Made by a program: the position numbers and the translations under genes
From: Halocafeteria seosinensis
Taxonomy: Eukaryota
Direction: 5' to 3'
Length of the DNA: 64,000 nucleotides
NCBI GenBank assembly: GCA_001687465.1
Contig: LVLI01000294.1
Span: 1-64,000, forward strand
Part shown: one piece after another, positions 23,501 through 36,221 of the stretch
Layout: the number at the start of each line of letters is the position of its first letter
Numbering within the stretch: the first letter of the stretch is position 1
The notes under the pieces: generated by a model
Databases searched by the model: none
Seen by the model: the letters and a program-made list of their open reading frames with translations, nothing else
What the model was told of the DNA's origin: nothing

Positions 23501-24390
23501 GGTGTGCCGAACAAGGAGATGGTATTTTTGATGCCAACTAGCCAGGCGTTGGTGTCTCTAGTAGACCGACCCGTAAGTGTTTTTTGTTAGTTTATGCGCG
23601 TACGCTGGTTGACGTATAGCAGCCGTTAACTCTCCGTCGCAGCCCTTCGTACTAATGCTAGATAACGTCGAACACGTTCACTTTGAGCGAGTGATATTTA
23701 GTGCCAAGAATTTTGATATTGTGTTCATTCTAAAGCCTGGTGTGGCGAAGAAGGGAGAAGATGAGTTTGTCAAGGTCAGCGCTGTTCCTATGGAAGTATT
23801 GGACGATATCCAACAGTGGTTGGATGTCGTTTGTGATAAGACATATACTTGGGGAGCGGCAACGCTAAACTGGAGGAACATCATCCAGGAGTTTGTCCGT
23901 GACCCTTACTTCTACCTCCCTGAAGACGAAGATGGCGAGAAGAAACCAGTAGGGTGGAATTTCTTGATGGCGGATACCGACGAAGAAAACCAAGATCAGG
24001 AGAATGAAGAAGAAGGCTCTGACTTCAGTGAAGAAGTTGACGATGAAGAGGATGATGAGGAAGACGAAGATGATGAAGACTTCGGTACGTATATTTTTGA
24101 CATCACTGGGTACTTGTGATTCTTTCATGTGTGTTCAAACCTCGGCGCATCTCGCAGACGACGCTGTGGAAGATGAATCAGACGAGGAGTCCGAGGAAGA
24201 AGATGAAGATGAGAGTGAAGGGGAAGATTGGGATTCCCTAGAGAAGAAAGCGGCCCGCGAAGATAAAAAATGGATGAAGAATGAGAAGAGCAAAGACGGT
24301 GCGATTCTCGAGGAGAAGCCCTCATCTAAACGTCGACGACCCTCTTCGTCTGGCAAGGAAGGCAAAGCCAGTAAAGCGCGCCGCAAGTGA
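20571..24390 (+). CDS. SPT16: FACT complex subunit SPT16
   Basis: LLGYEFP, IQSGGNY, VPFHINTIKSVS, YLRFNF, YSNVKHAVFQPCE, HFHLKHPIMVGKKK, DPDELEEEQRER, HFERV and an acidic tail with EGEDWDSLE; GT-AG introns. Confidence 0.97.
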
Positions 24391-24975
24391 ACAATTTCTC
24401 GGCCTGTATTTTGTGGGTCGAATATTCATGTCTCATACACGAATACATTACGTTAGAACTACTGATATTAACCACTTTTTAGCTTCAGCACAATGTTGCA
24501 CGAGTTTCTACCAACCCGCAGAGTACATGTTGATGACCTTCTCGCGAGAGTTTCGACTACTATGTAAGGCGCCGTGAAATTCCTACAATATGCACAAACA
24601 TTCCATTTAGCTTTCCCAAATAGCTCGGTATCTTCCTAGCAGTAATAGCACGGGCCGACAGTTCCCCGTCCCTTGCATTGGCAACCTTCACAGTGTGATG
24701 CGTCTCATGTTGAATTCGTGGAAATCTCTCATTCCCGGTAATTGAAAATGTCCGGAACATTTGTTATTCACTAAAGGTAAACCTTTAGTAGTTTATGTAT
24801 CTCTAAATGAATGCCAGGACATACCATATTTACTCAGTATTACTTGAACATAAGACTACGAGGCAGACGTTTCCAAGCTCCCTGGGGAATTGCTTAGACA
24901 GAGTATACAATACGATTTGGTTATAATTCAGGTCTCTTAAGGTGTGTAAGAAGCCATTGAACTATTCGCTCATAC

Positions 24976-25035
24976 GGTATGCAAATGATGTAGCTCCTAC
25001 CTTGGGGTATGCAAATGATGTAGCTCTTACCTTGG
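24976..25035. repeat. 30-bp tandem duplication GGTATGCAAATGATGTAGCTCYTACCTTGG x2
   Basis: Two copies with one mismatch, just before a CTGCAG acceptor-like site upstream of the 25075 ORF. Confidence 0.9.
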
Positions 25036-25074
25036 CTGCAGGTTGACGTATTAGGAGGAAATAGCCACTGAACA

Positions 25075-25695
25075 ATGCAGTCTATGCCCATAGAACAAGG
25101 GTACTCGGACCAGGAGCGTCTGGTAGGAGGTGATTGGGATACAGATTTTGGAGATAGATACTCAAGAGGAAGGTGTCGAAATTGGACAAAGGCACGCTGC
25201 TTCGTGGGGGCAGTAATCGTACTCGCAATTGGATTCTCCGTATACGGTGCATACTACACTTTGGGCCATGAAACACCAACACCTTCTGGGGCAAATACGC
25301 CTAATGTACCACCTGTCGCGAGCGTCACTCCGAGAGTTACTCCCAGCCGCACACCGACGAGTAGGCATGCTGCTACGAGTACACCTACGAGAACGGCTTC
25401 TCTAAGTTCAACGTCGAGCAACACGCCAATGGCTACCCCTAGTACGACATCAAACAGCACCGCACCGACACCTTCTGGCAATGCAACGAGTACTGGGAGC
25501 AACACACCATCGATTATCCCGAGTACAACATCAAATGGCACCACACCGACACCTGTTGGCAATGCAACAAGTTCTTTAGGTTCAACACCAAGCGGATCGG
25601 TGACACCTGTTGGCAATGCAACATGTAGTTTAAGTCCAACACCAAACGGATCGTCTCCGAACACTACGTCTAGTTCAACGTTACAGAGTCCTTAA
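25075..25695 (+). CDS. Type II membrane mucin-like S/T/P-rich glycoprotein
   Basis: Short cytosolic N-terminus, one TM helix (CFVGAVIVLAIGFSVYGAYY), then imperfect S/T/P repeats with N-x-T sequons (GNAT x3, NST, NGT). Confidence 0.75.
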   Translation: MQSMPIEQGYSDQERLVGGDWDTDFGDRYSRGRCRNWTKARCFVGAVIVLAIGFSVYGAYYTLGHETPTPSGANTPNVPPVASVTPRVTPSRTPTSRHAATSTPTRTASLSSTSSNTPMATPSTTSNSTAPTPSGNATSTGSNTPSIIPSTTSNGTTPTPVGNATSSLGSTPSGSVTPVGNATCSLSPTPNGSSPNTTSSSTLQSP

Positions 25696-25794
25696 ACCTG
25701 CTATGTCTAGCACTTGCATACCGACGAACGACACAGACACACCTTAACAGTTGTACAATATTCAAGTAGATAACTGATGTAGGTGTAGTTTTAT

Positions 25795-26974
25795 TTATTT
25801 TGATGGACTGTTGGATTCCTCGGTTGGATTGGTTAACGTGTTTTGCCGGTTAATGGTTACATCAGTAACAGTAGCTTCACCGCCTGAGTCTTCGCTAACA
25901 CCTCCATCCGATTCAGCTGCTGCCGCCGTCGTCTCTTGCTCATTGTAGCTCCTAGCTGGTGTGTGTCGATGCCGTCGTTTGTCCCCAGTAGTGTTACCTT
26001 CATCATCAGCTGCACGAGCAGGTTTGTGTTCACTCTTTTGTGTTACCGCCCTTCCAGTACCATTGTATTTAACGAATTTTTCGCCGCCAATAATCTGCAG
26101 AAAATAATTTAAAAAGACAGCAACAATCGCCGTTTTGATTCTCAGCGAGACTCACATCATCCGCAGTTTTCCGAAGTTCATCTGGAATCGTTTGTGGTTC
26201 ATTGTGGTCAAGAAAAGAAACTCCTGAAAACACAATCATTTTGTCGAAGACATCTTCGCACGAGACCACTGGTTCCGTTGTGTCGACGTTCCTAGAATTT
26301 GTGCGGTTCGGGTAACATTGCAAGGTAATAAATCTGGTCGACGTATGAACGATATGGCCTGTCAGTTTTAATTTCCCCTGTGTTGGCGTTAGTAGCCGAG
26401 ATAAGTGTTAGTTATGCACGCAATGAAGAGGAACACGGCGCACAATACCTTGGGAAGGTCCACCAGCAATGTCGGATTCTTTGTATCCATATCAGCCAAT
26501 TCTCCTATCTTTCCACCATGTTTGACAATCATATTCATAGGAAGCGATAGCAGGTACTTGGATTTCCGTTGGGTACCTTTCCGTACAATATCGTAGCCGC
26601 TGCACGTTTTCAGCGCTGCGCAACAGGATTTGTCAGTTAATCGACTTCCACAATGTAAGAATCAAATCGACACTCTCAATCATACCTTTGGACGTATCCA
26701 GTCTGGAATATGTTTCCGCTTTCGTCGGGCGAGCTAGTCCAGAATCAAACACGTGCTGTTGAATTTGTGAGTCAGGTGCTGCATTATTCTCTTCACTGGC
26801 CGTATTCGTGCGTCGCCTCTTTTGGGAAGCAGAGGCTGTCGTAGCTCCTGACTTCGATGTCTCGTTCTTCTTCTTGGGTTCCTCCAGTGGCGCTTCCTCC
26901 AGGGATAGACTTCCCGTCAGTCTTCGTTTCTTGGAGGTCCCTCCTTCTGAGGATAAAGACGACTGTTTCTTCAT
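25795..26974 (-). CDS. RHL1: RHL1-like DNA-binding protein (topoisomerase VI accessory subunit), 4 exons
   Basis: Spliced product: GYDIVRKGTQRKSKYLLSLP..GGKIGELADMDTKNPTLLVDLPK|GKLKLTGHIVHTSTRFITLQ..CEDVFDKMIVFS. This parallels the plant RHL1 core as I recall it. Confidence 0.8.
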
Positions 26975-27163
26975 ATTTCGTTATCTTTTTTTCAAAGTAC
27001 CTCTAGACACAATCCTCCGTGTAAGGAGTATAATACCCCCTTTTGAAATGCACCTGTGAAATTCAAATACTGCCAAGATTATGTCATTTCTCTGGCACAA
27101 ATAAATGATTTGGCAGTGATATTTTATTGGACTATATATGTGGTACACTCTCAGATAGGAAGA

Positions 27164-28951
27164 ATGGAGGAGCCTCCTGGTACTGGTCAAGAAGACCAAG
27201 ATCAGGCTATTCAGCACTGTATCCAACTCGTCGACAAATGCCCCACAGCTCATTCAGCAGCTACGACTGCTGTCGATGAGACAGCCGATGAAGCCATCGA
27301 GACGATCGTTAAGTACATGACTGAATTCAGTGCCACGCTACATGCACTCATTGAGCAACAGAAGCAGTCCCAGGAAGGACGTGACCAGAATTCTCCACAA
27401 AGTGCGAAGCGGAAGAAGCTATCAGCCACGGTAGCTCGGTTGGGAGGGATGCTCAGAGACGTTGTAGAGAGAGTCCATGTGGAAATTACGGACGAGGGGT
27501 ATTCGGCGCTCTTGGAGCAGTTTTTTCAAAGAGGCCATGCTTCTTCTCTGGTGCAATTCTCAAGACGCTTCGGCAACGCGCGAGGGTGGCCTCCACAAGA
27601 AGGAAGCCATCTGGCCCATGTGATCAAAGAACGATCACAGTCCCTTCTAGAAAGCGACCCAGCTTCCGTTGGAATGCTACAGAATGCTCTTCCTCACTTT
27701 CCTCTGGCTGAAGACGGGAAGGTATTGAGTACGTTGTCACACTGATTCGTAGCTTGGTAGCCTTGCCCTCACGCGGTGGATATGTTGTACAGATTGCTGT
27801 CTCAATGCTAAATCATATAATTTGGCAATCACCCTTGCTCAGCGATTCGAATTCTCGGCTCAAAAGGAGTTGGTTCAGAAGTTGATAGAGTTGAACGAAG
27901 AAAGATGGGCATGGAAAGCCATCAAGAGACTGAATGTTAATCCAGCCTTGTTCCCTGAACTGCAAGAAAAGCAAGCACGGAAATTCTTAAGCTGGGTACT
28001 GAAAGAAGATACTCCTCTCAGGGACAGTTTGGTAGGGAAAATCGCTGAAGAACTAGTTGCTGTCCTGTTCATTATTCGTTACAAAGGGTTGCTATCGTGC
28101 AGATTGACGCTGTTGTTGAGAATATCCCCGCCTTGAAAGGACATGTCGTAGAAAAATTGCTGTCCCACTTCGGCATCGAACATCACTGGACCAGAAAGTA
28201 TGTTCATAAGCTAGGGCTCACCAGCCAGTACCCGTCAGTTAAGCCTCCCCAAGAGGACGCGTCGGAAGCTATTGCTTTGCATAACGAAGCAGTACGACTA
28301 CCGAACAACGTAGGCGTCCACTTTATTCACAATTTGGAACAATTGGAAAGTGCTGTCTCTGAGCTCTGTTATGCGGACTATGTTGGTTTTGATTCCGAAT
28401 GGTGTCCTATTGAGTGGGCCTGGAAGCCTCTGGGAAACGGACAGTATGTACGATACGACTCCGTCGCGTTGCTGCAGCTCGCGACAATAAACTCTGTATT
28501 CCTGGTCGATATGCTGATGTTGACATCAAATTGTGACATGGACGCCGTCAACTCGATGTTTGAACGATTGCTGGGTAGAGTAACTCCAACTATAGTCGCC
28601 TTCGGCATCAAAGGGGACCTCAACCAAGTGTGTAAATCGTTTCCGCAGTTAACAGCATTTCATGATGGATGGAAGCACCTGTCCGAAGAAGAATTAAGCA
28701 AAAAATTTTGGGATCTTCATTTGGACTATGATAAATTTGTGGCTGCCATGAAGGAAAGTACGACTTCCGAAAATGCCAATCAGCCTTCTCTGAAAAACCT
28801 GGTTTATGAAGTGTACAGTAAGCATATGGATAAACGTGTCCGCTTATCAGACTGGACCAAACGCCCTCTCCATGAGGCGCAAATAGAGTACGCAAGCTTG
28901 GACGCTTGGTTATTGGTGGATATGGTAAACATTTGGAAAGCGGCTGGCTAA
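27164..28951 (+). CDS. EXD3/MUT-7-like DEDDy 3'-5' exonuclease, 3 exons
   Basis: YVGFDSEW, VALLQLAT, SLKNLV and MDKRVRLSDWTKRPLHEAQIEYASLDA, preceded by a helical N-terminal region. Confidence 0.85.
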
Positions 28952-28971
28952 CGTGGTTATTTAGTCTGCTG

Positions 28972-29962
28972 CTACTGTCCCGTAACATGCTTTTGGACGG
29001 GGCGTCTGAGTGCCTCAATAGTTCCCTTGGTATCTGCAGCTTTAAAGATTGACGTCCCTGCCACTATGACGTTTGCTCCCGCCTTTGCGACAACCTCGAT
29101 GTTGTCCGTGCTAAGACCTCCGTCTACTTCAATATCCAGTTTTGGACACTTCTGCCGGAGCTTTTCCACCTGAGCATAACGCAAATTGACGGGTTAGGAC
29201 AACGGTGGTTGCAGGGGTAGTATACGAAAGAGGCTTACCTTCGGCATCATATCAGGCATAAACGATTGACCGCCAAACCCTGGCTCTACTGTCATTATAA
29301 GAATCATGTCCACCTTGTCCAACAGGGGATAGACGTCTTCCACTGAAGTCTTTGGCTTTACTGCCACTGCCGCGCGCATTCCGAGATCATGAATTTCATC
29401 AATCAATTTCGAGGCATCATCAGCGCCTGCAGCGTTCAGGAAGAGGAAAACGGACTAGTAGTTCCAATGAGCATGTCGCGCTGCCGATGTAACGAGAGGC
29501 TGTACCTGTTGCTTCGATATGGAACGTAAACCCCGAAGCGCCCGCTTGAGCAAAGTCTTTAACCCATTGCCTTGGATTTGAAACCATTAAATGACAATCC
29601 AAGAAGGCACTTGTATGTTTCCTCAAGGCTTTAATCACGGGCGCTCCAATTGTGATATTCGGTACGAAGTGGCTGTAAGCCATATAGCACAACGAACGGT
29701 ACTACCGTGGCGCTTCTAAAAGCGGGATGTTGATTTTCATCTTGCTACTTACCCATCCTGCAATGGATTCGTCGAAGAACGATGCCAGCATCATAGAACG
29801 ACCTCGTAGAGAACACTTCACGTATCCACTTACCATCACATCCATGTGTAAGTAGTCTGCTCCATTGTCTAGCATCCGTTGAGCTTCTTCCGCCAATCGA
29901 GCAAAATCCGAACTTAGCATGGAAGGCGCTATTTTCGGTATTATCTTCCCATCGGACGCCAT
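28972..29962 (-). CDS. RPE: Ribulose-phosphate 3-epimerase (includes a 5-nt microexon)
   Basis: [52 protein letters not shown] and GANVIVAGT. Confidence 0.97.
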
Positions 29963-30549
29963 TTTATACGACGAATAGTAATTTCGATACAAGCTAGTCC
30001 AAGCAGATTTAGTGTACCGAGATAGGTTCTGCAGCATTCGATACCCAATGTGGAAGAAATACTCCTCTCTTTTGCCGTTCCTAGTGCCACCACTAACAAT
30101 TCACCTGTTTGCTTCCAATTAGCCCTCGTGTAGCCCTAGCGAGTTTCCTTGACTCATGGCCACTTACTGATTTGGGTTCTCAATTGCCGGGCCTTCGGCC
30201 CGGTCCGGACTGTCTCGAGTATACAGACATTTCACCCTTTAAAACGAGCGTATTGTGCATCCCAGCCGTAGGAGCAGAAAAGAGATCCGCTTATCTCTTG
30301 TATTGGAACTACTCCTTTGTCGTCTGCTTTTTCTATAGGTAAGTCAGAGCGCTTTTCGATGTGTGGGAGGCAGTGCTCGGGACGCCAAGGGGACTCTCCC
30401 CCCTCTTGTCTCAGGCTCCCCTGTTGTGCCCCCTGTTGTGTCTACCTCCGCCTTTTTTGTAGCAGTAGAAGGTCCTTTGTGTCTCATCCATACCTTAATG
30501 ATGCATGTGTATATTCACTTTTTTCGTTATGGCAGATCCATAAAGGAAG

Positions 30550-31116
30550 ATGTCATCTCATATCCAGTCTGAGAACTTCCAGTTCATTCTTCGTGTTCTG
30601 AACACGAACATTGACGGAAAACAGAGTAAGTGCTGCCTCTTTGCGCTTGATACAGTTTGATATGCCTCATAAACGGCGCCAATTCGTCAAGCTATATGTG
30701 TTCATTATTATATTCTATACGATCGGGGTGTCACTTTGTGTCTCATTGTGTTGGATGCAGAGGTTATGTTTGCCTTGACAGCCATCAGTGGAGTCGGTCG
30801 TCGTCTCTCGAACTTGTTATGCAAAAAGGCTGGTGTTGACTTAAACAAGCGCGCTGGTGAACTTTCGGAAGAGGAGATTGAGCGCTTAATTGCCGTGCTA
30901 CAGAACCCCCGTCAATTCGAAATTCCTGACTGGATGCTCAACCGCCGCCGGGACTTTAAAGATGGGAAGACAACTCAGGTAGTCTCGAACTCTCTCTCCA
31001 CCAAGCTGCGCGAAGATATCGAGCATCTTAAGAAAATCAGAGCTCACCGTGGTCTCAGACATTATTGGGGACTCAAAGTGCGTGGACAGCACACTTGCAC
31101 CACTGGCCGTGGTTAA
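30550..31116 (+). CDS. RPS18: 40S ribosomal protein S18 (uS13)
   Basis: Exon 30550-30625 ([16 protein letters not shown]), intron to 30760, then KRAGEL and [17 protein letters not shown]. Probable 5'UTR intron at about 30339-30535. Confidence 0.97.
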
Positions 31117-31311
31117 GGTCACTCTTTTTGAAGATCCTAGATGTTGCACAACTACGCTCGTAGTGGCAAGGAAGATAAACTAACTGGGTACCTTATACAT
31201 ATATATAGCCGCTGCACAATACACTGGAGACTTGAATTTGGAATAGTTCTAGCAACCAGGTTATTAGTATACTGGGTTTTGTCACAGCTGAAACGCTGTG
31301 GTGTGTATTGC

Positions 31312-34300
31312 CTAGAGAGAACCATTAGAAGGCTGCACACTTGCTGGGGGAGTGTCATTCTCCACCGCAACGCCCAACTCAGCATGATCAGCAAGACCAG
31401 TAGCTACCTTGAGGCGATTGACATGCTCAACAGTGCCTTGCTGGGATTCTGAAGTAATACGTTCCGCGGCAGAAGCTGCGTTTCCCGGCGAATTGACATG
31501 CTGATCGACAATCTGCCGGATAGCAGTCTCAGCGTCAGCCAAGTATGCAGACACCTTTTGAGAACGCTTCTCCTCGATCCTTCGTGCACGTTCTGCAAAA
31601 TGTTTCAACTGACGTCTTCTATCTTCTTCTCTTTTCCGATTTTCCTCTGCATGTCGCTCGTCTTCTTCCTTCACACGCTGTTCGAGCAATCTCTTTTCCC
31701 TACGGTGAGCTTCTTCTCGGGTTTTTTCCTTCCTTTCCTGTTTTTCTCTAGCTTCTTTAGATTCTCGACTCTCCTTGCTAAGGGGCTGCTTTTGGTCTTG
31801 AGCAGTCGAAGGCCCGAGTGAAGTTTGAGACGTACCGTACTCAGTGGCCGCCTCGGTTTCGCTTTGGGGCCTGTATTCGCCTTCGACGTCTGCCGTTGGA
31901 CTGTGTCGATAGCCTTTATCTTGCTTTAGTGCTTCCTTCTTTCGCATTATCTCACGGCTCTTATTGAATTTCTCCTTTTCTTTCTCATGCGTACGCAACT
32001 CTTTTGCCACCTCTTCCCGGTGTCGTTGCTCCATGGCCTCGACTTCTTTCGCGAGGTCTGCTTTTCGGCGAGAGGCGATTCGATATTCATTGCCAATTTG
32101 GTTCTCCACACGAGTCCTCAGCACTTGAATGTCCTTATAGAATTCTGCCGGAAGCTGAATGCGAGGCTTGTTTCCGTAATAACTGTTAAGCTCTTGTACC
32201 GCCGCATTGTGTAGGCATTGCGCAAGCCTCTTGAAATCATCTTCCTGCATTTTCAAAGTCTTTGCCTCCGTGTTTAGGAAGGGATAATCCTCAATATTCA
32301 TATACTGCGTAGGCACAGACTGCGCTCCTTCGGTCCCACCAACATTGGTAGAAGACTCGACATGAGTACTTGTCTGTGGCCCTGTGCACTGCGAAACCGT
32401 GGTCGAGGCGCTGACACCGCCATTGGTTGCCGCTGAGTAGAATTCTACGCGAGCAATCGAAGTTCCAACTTGTTCATGCTGCCTCGTAGGGACTGATTCA
32501 GTAGGCGAAGTTCTCTGGTCTGCACTCTGGGCAGAATTCGGTCGCGGCCGATTCGCTTGCGCCTTCCGCCGCTGCTCGAGGTCTTTCAAAAATGATTGTC
32601 CTCCTTCGGTACTCTTTAATACAAACATCATCATTTCGCGTAGCTCTGATACTGATCCCTTCAATAAACGAACTTCATCACCCAAGGATCGAGGGCTGTT
32701 TGCTTGTTGCTGTTGCTGAGTCTTTCTGGGCACATTAGTCCCCGAGCCAAGCGTCGGGATGGTTTGCATCACAGTCGACTTACTTATAGACAGCTCCCTC
32801 GGTGGTCTAATAACACGCAAATCAGTATCTTCGTACCCGATTCCTTCGCTCTGAACCCGCTGCAAACTCAATTGAACCGACTGAGATCCCTTCAAACCTA
32901 CAGTTGCATGCTCGTCACGTGACAGAGGCTCCGTCAAACCAGGAACTGTCTGTTCAGGATTTTGGTTACCGCTTTCTTCAGTGTTCAACTGGTTTTTAGG
33001 ACCCTTACTTCCGTCTGCACCGCGGACAGTTCTCATCGTATCTATGAACTCAACTGTTGCAGAACCATAACCAGTTATATCTTCGTTAGGTGTTGGTCGC
33101 GTTCCAGAGTCCTGGACAGCGTAATTGCTCTCTGCAACAGAGTGTTGGCGTCTTTCGGTATCGGTAGTTTCCTGTGCACGCTCAACCGGACTCTCTGCCA
33201 CATTCGCTTCCTCTTGCTTGCCAGAAACTGTCCTTTGTTCATGCGTACTCGCTACACCCTGAGCTGCTGCTTCGGTTACCTGAGGAGCCACCGGAGGCTG
33301 AATGTACTCAGTAAAATTGTCAAGAGTGTTCCTGGCCTCAATCCTGGGACCTGCTGTGGCAAACGCATGTTCTCCATTCGTTTGGCGGATACCTTCCTGG
33401 TAGGTGGATTCACCTTTGGTATGGAAACCTTCTGCCACATTCCGTAGTGGGCTATTCCGTGGAATAGGGTTTGGGTCGGTATCACCTTGATGCTGTTCCT
33501 GTCCTGCGCGAACATGGATCGCGCGAGCAGCGATATTTGGGGGAGTGGCACCTCTGAGTGTTGGTTGTCCCTGACGAGGAACGTCGAAACCTTTCTCAAT
33601 AGCTTCATTCATCATATCCACAGTGGTTTTTTGTTTATCAGCCTCTTCGACGATCAGGAATGGATGTTCTTTCAGGTCCTTTGCTGGCGGACGGCGATAC
33701 TTAAATTGGTGTTGAAAGCTCTCTGCCGGGTCAATGTTGATCCGCTTTGCCTTGTTATCAGGAGCAACGTCAGCACCGTCCCCTTCGGTACTACCGTTAT
33801 GTTCAAGGTGCACTTCGTCAGGGCGAGTTATTTGCACCGAGGCGGTATCAATCTCCGTGGGGCTTCCTTCATCTGAGGGGATCATCTGTCCTAAGCAAAG
33901 CTCTACAAATTGTGCACACTCGGGCCAGACTTCTTTAACAATGCTCAATGCCTCCGGTTTTTCCCCTTTCGAGACCTTCCGTAGAATTTGCGGTACCGAT
34001 CGACACTCGTGATAAGGTGCCAGCCCCGTTACCATTTCAAGCACACACATGCCAAATGCCCAAATATCCACACTTGCATCATAGTTGTTATCATACATGT
34101 CAGGAGCCATGAACTCTGGAGTACCGATAACGGATCTTCCGTCCATCGTAGCCAAACCTAAATCGCCAATTTTGATACTCTTGCCTTGCACAAAAATGTT
34201 CTCGCACTTGAGATCCCTATGGATGATACCCTGGCCATGAAGGTACTCAAGACAATCTAAGATCTCTTTGCAGTATTCTTTGATCTGCCGCCGGGAAAGT

Positions 34301-34859
34301 GGGTATTTCGACCGAAATCTGGGAGGCAATAAACATAAACATATGTATTTTTCCTACCCGTAGCGTTCCCCTCAAAAGCCGACTTACTCTTTGAGAGTAC
34401 CTGAAGACATCAGTTCGGTAACGAATATTATCTGCTCTTTCTCTTTGTTGATCCATGCCCCAAAGAAATTGATCAAGTTGGTGTGCACCAACCGTTTGAG
34501 TAGCGCAACTTCATTCAAAATGCGTTTTCTCTCTTTCTGGTGGTAACCGGCGATGTTTACTTCGTTCCATGCCAGTAAGTTTCCGTGTTCCAGGTCCTGA
34601 GCCTTGAATCTGAACATACAAAAGAAACATTTGGAAGAAGAGTCTAGTGTGGAGCGGTCCGAACCGATTAACCACAGAGAGAAAATTGCACTTACACTTT
34701 CTTAAAAGCACCCTTTCCAATCATGCGCTTGTACTGCATGACCCACCCAATTTCAGCAAAACTGCTACAACAAATCCAATTCTCTACAATTCCTCGTACC
34801 TTGCCGTAGTTTCCCTTAGGCGACTTTTCAACGAATTCCTGATCTTCCTCGTCAGCCAT
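31312..34859 (-). CDS. WNK: WNK (with-no-lysine) protein kinase with long disordered and coiled-coil C-terminus, 4 exons
   Basis: IGKGAFKKVF (Lys in the Gly-rich loop), LAWNEV in place of VAIK, TELMSSGTLK, HRDLKCENIF, GDLGLAT and SVIGTPEFMAP. Confidence 0.93.
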
Positions 34860-36221
34860 CTTGCGTTCTTGTGACGTGCACCGCTTGCCGGATAACACTA
34901 CCGTCAATTCCTGGCGAAAGTGGCTTCGGTTGAAGTGTGGAGCCGATCGGTGGCGCCGGGTACGGACGAAGGGGGGTTCCAAAGGGAGCAAAAAGATTCA
35001 ATCCAGCCACAGTGTCAGATCCACCCGTGCTGGAAACAAGCTTGTCTTTCGGCGCTGTTAGAATAGACACTAGTGAACGGAGGCAAAAAGTACATCCCTA
35101 TCTTTCCACTAAATAAATGCAAGTTTCTGGACCTTCTCAATTTGGTCGAATATGTCTGCCTAAAACTTGCGCCGTCGCAAAACGAGGTGTCGATTTGCAG
35201 TTGGCGGCTCGCTCAAGTCAACACCTTCTCTCTGAGCTACTTCGTCTACTAGATCTGCTCTCTACGGAGCAATATATCCATCTGGAACCGTAGATTCGCG
35301 AGAATGGAAAAACCCGCGAGTGGGACGTGCAGAATGCCTCGGCCGTCCACGAGAGAGAGCAAAAACAAACAGAATATCGTTAAAATCAGTTGCGCTGTTA
35401 TCCGAATCTCATACAAGGGAGAGACTGGATGCATGCACCCACGTTCTCGTTCTCATCCATCCTAACTTCTCGAGCTACGCACAAGCAAGAAAATGAACGC
35501 CAAAAAACCTAGTTAGTGTCCATCCAACCCTCGCGTCTAAACATCGATTTCTGACCAAGCGCCGCAACTGGAACTTCACAATCAGTGATCACGAGAACGG
35601 GTAGCCGGGGTAGGGTGGAAGATACAATTCTTCCTGGACATTGGTGGTAATCAATCATTAAGACTTTGTAGCTACCATGCGCTTAGCTTTGTAGATAAAT
35701 GTAAAAGGTCGACACCGTGTGGAATTTCCGGAGTTTTCATGAATTGGAACAGCTGTGTATTGTGTGGGTCGTTGAGTCTTTGCCAGACTCTTTGGGTCTC
35801 CGTTGGCTCAGGGCTACAAATGGGCATGACTCACACAACACCACGCTTTGATCGCAGTTAACGCTTCTTCCTTGCTAGAGTTTGTTATGGAGAGACACTC
35901 GTTGCTTCGTGACACGGTTGCGTTGGCACGATAGGGTTCTCAATCTATCAGTGTATATAGACCCAAGCAAAAACTAGTGACACGCATATAACAGGTTTAT
36001 AAATGATTCATGTTTCATTTAGGATCCTCAAGACAATCTTCCAGCACGTATCGTTGTAACGAATTGCAATTCTCTAATCCGGGCTGTCTTCCGGGATCAG
36101 GCAGGAGGGTTGAAGAAATCCAGGCTGCAAGTAGTCTAGAAGTTACGATTCCTTTGTTCTGATAAAGGAATGATACCATCGCCCACAACTTCTGCTCCAG
36201 AACGAAAAGAGTGACAGGAAA

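Noticed and set aside
30187..30203. Palindrome CCGGGCC-TTC-GGCCCGG between RPE and RPS18
   Set aside because: A single short GC-rich inverted repeat; it may be a promoter element but cannot be supported further.
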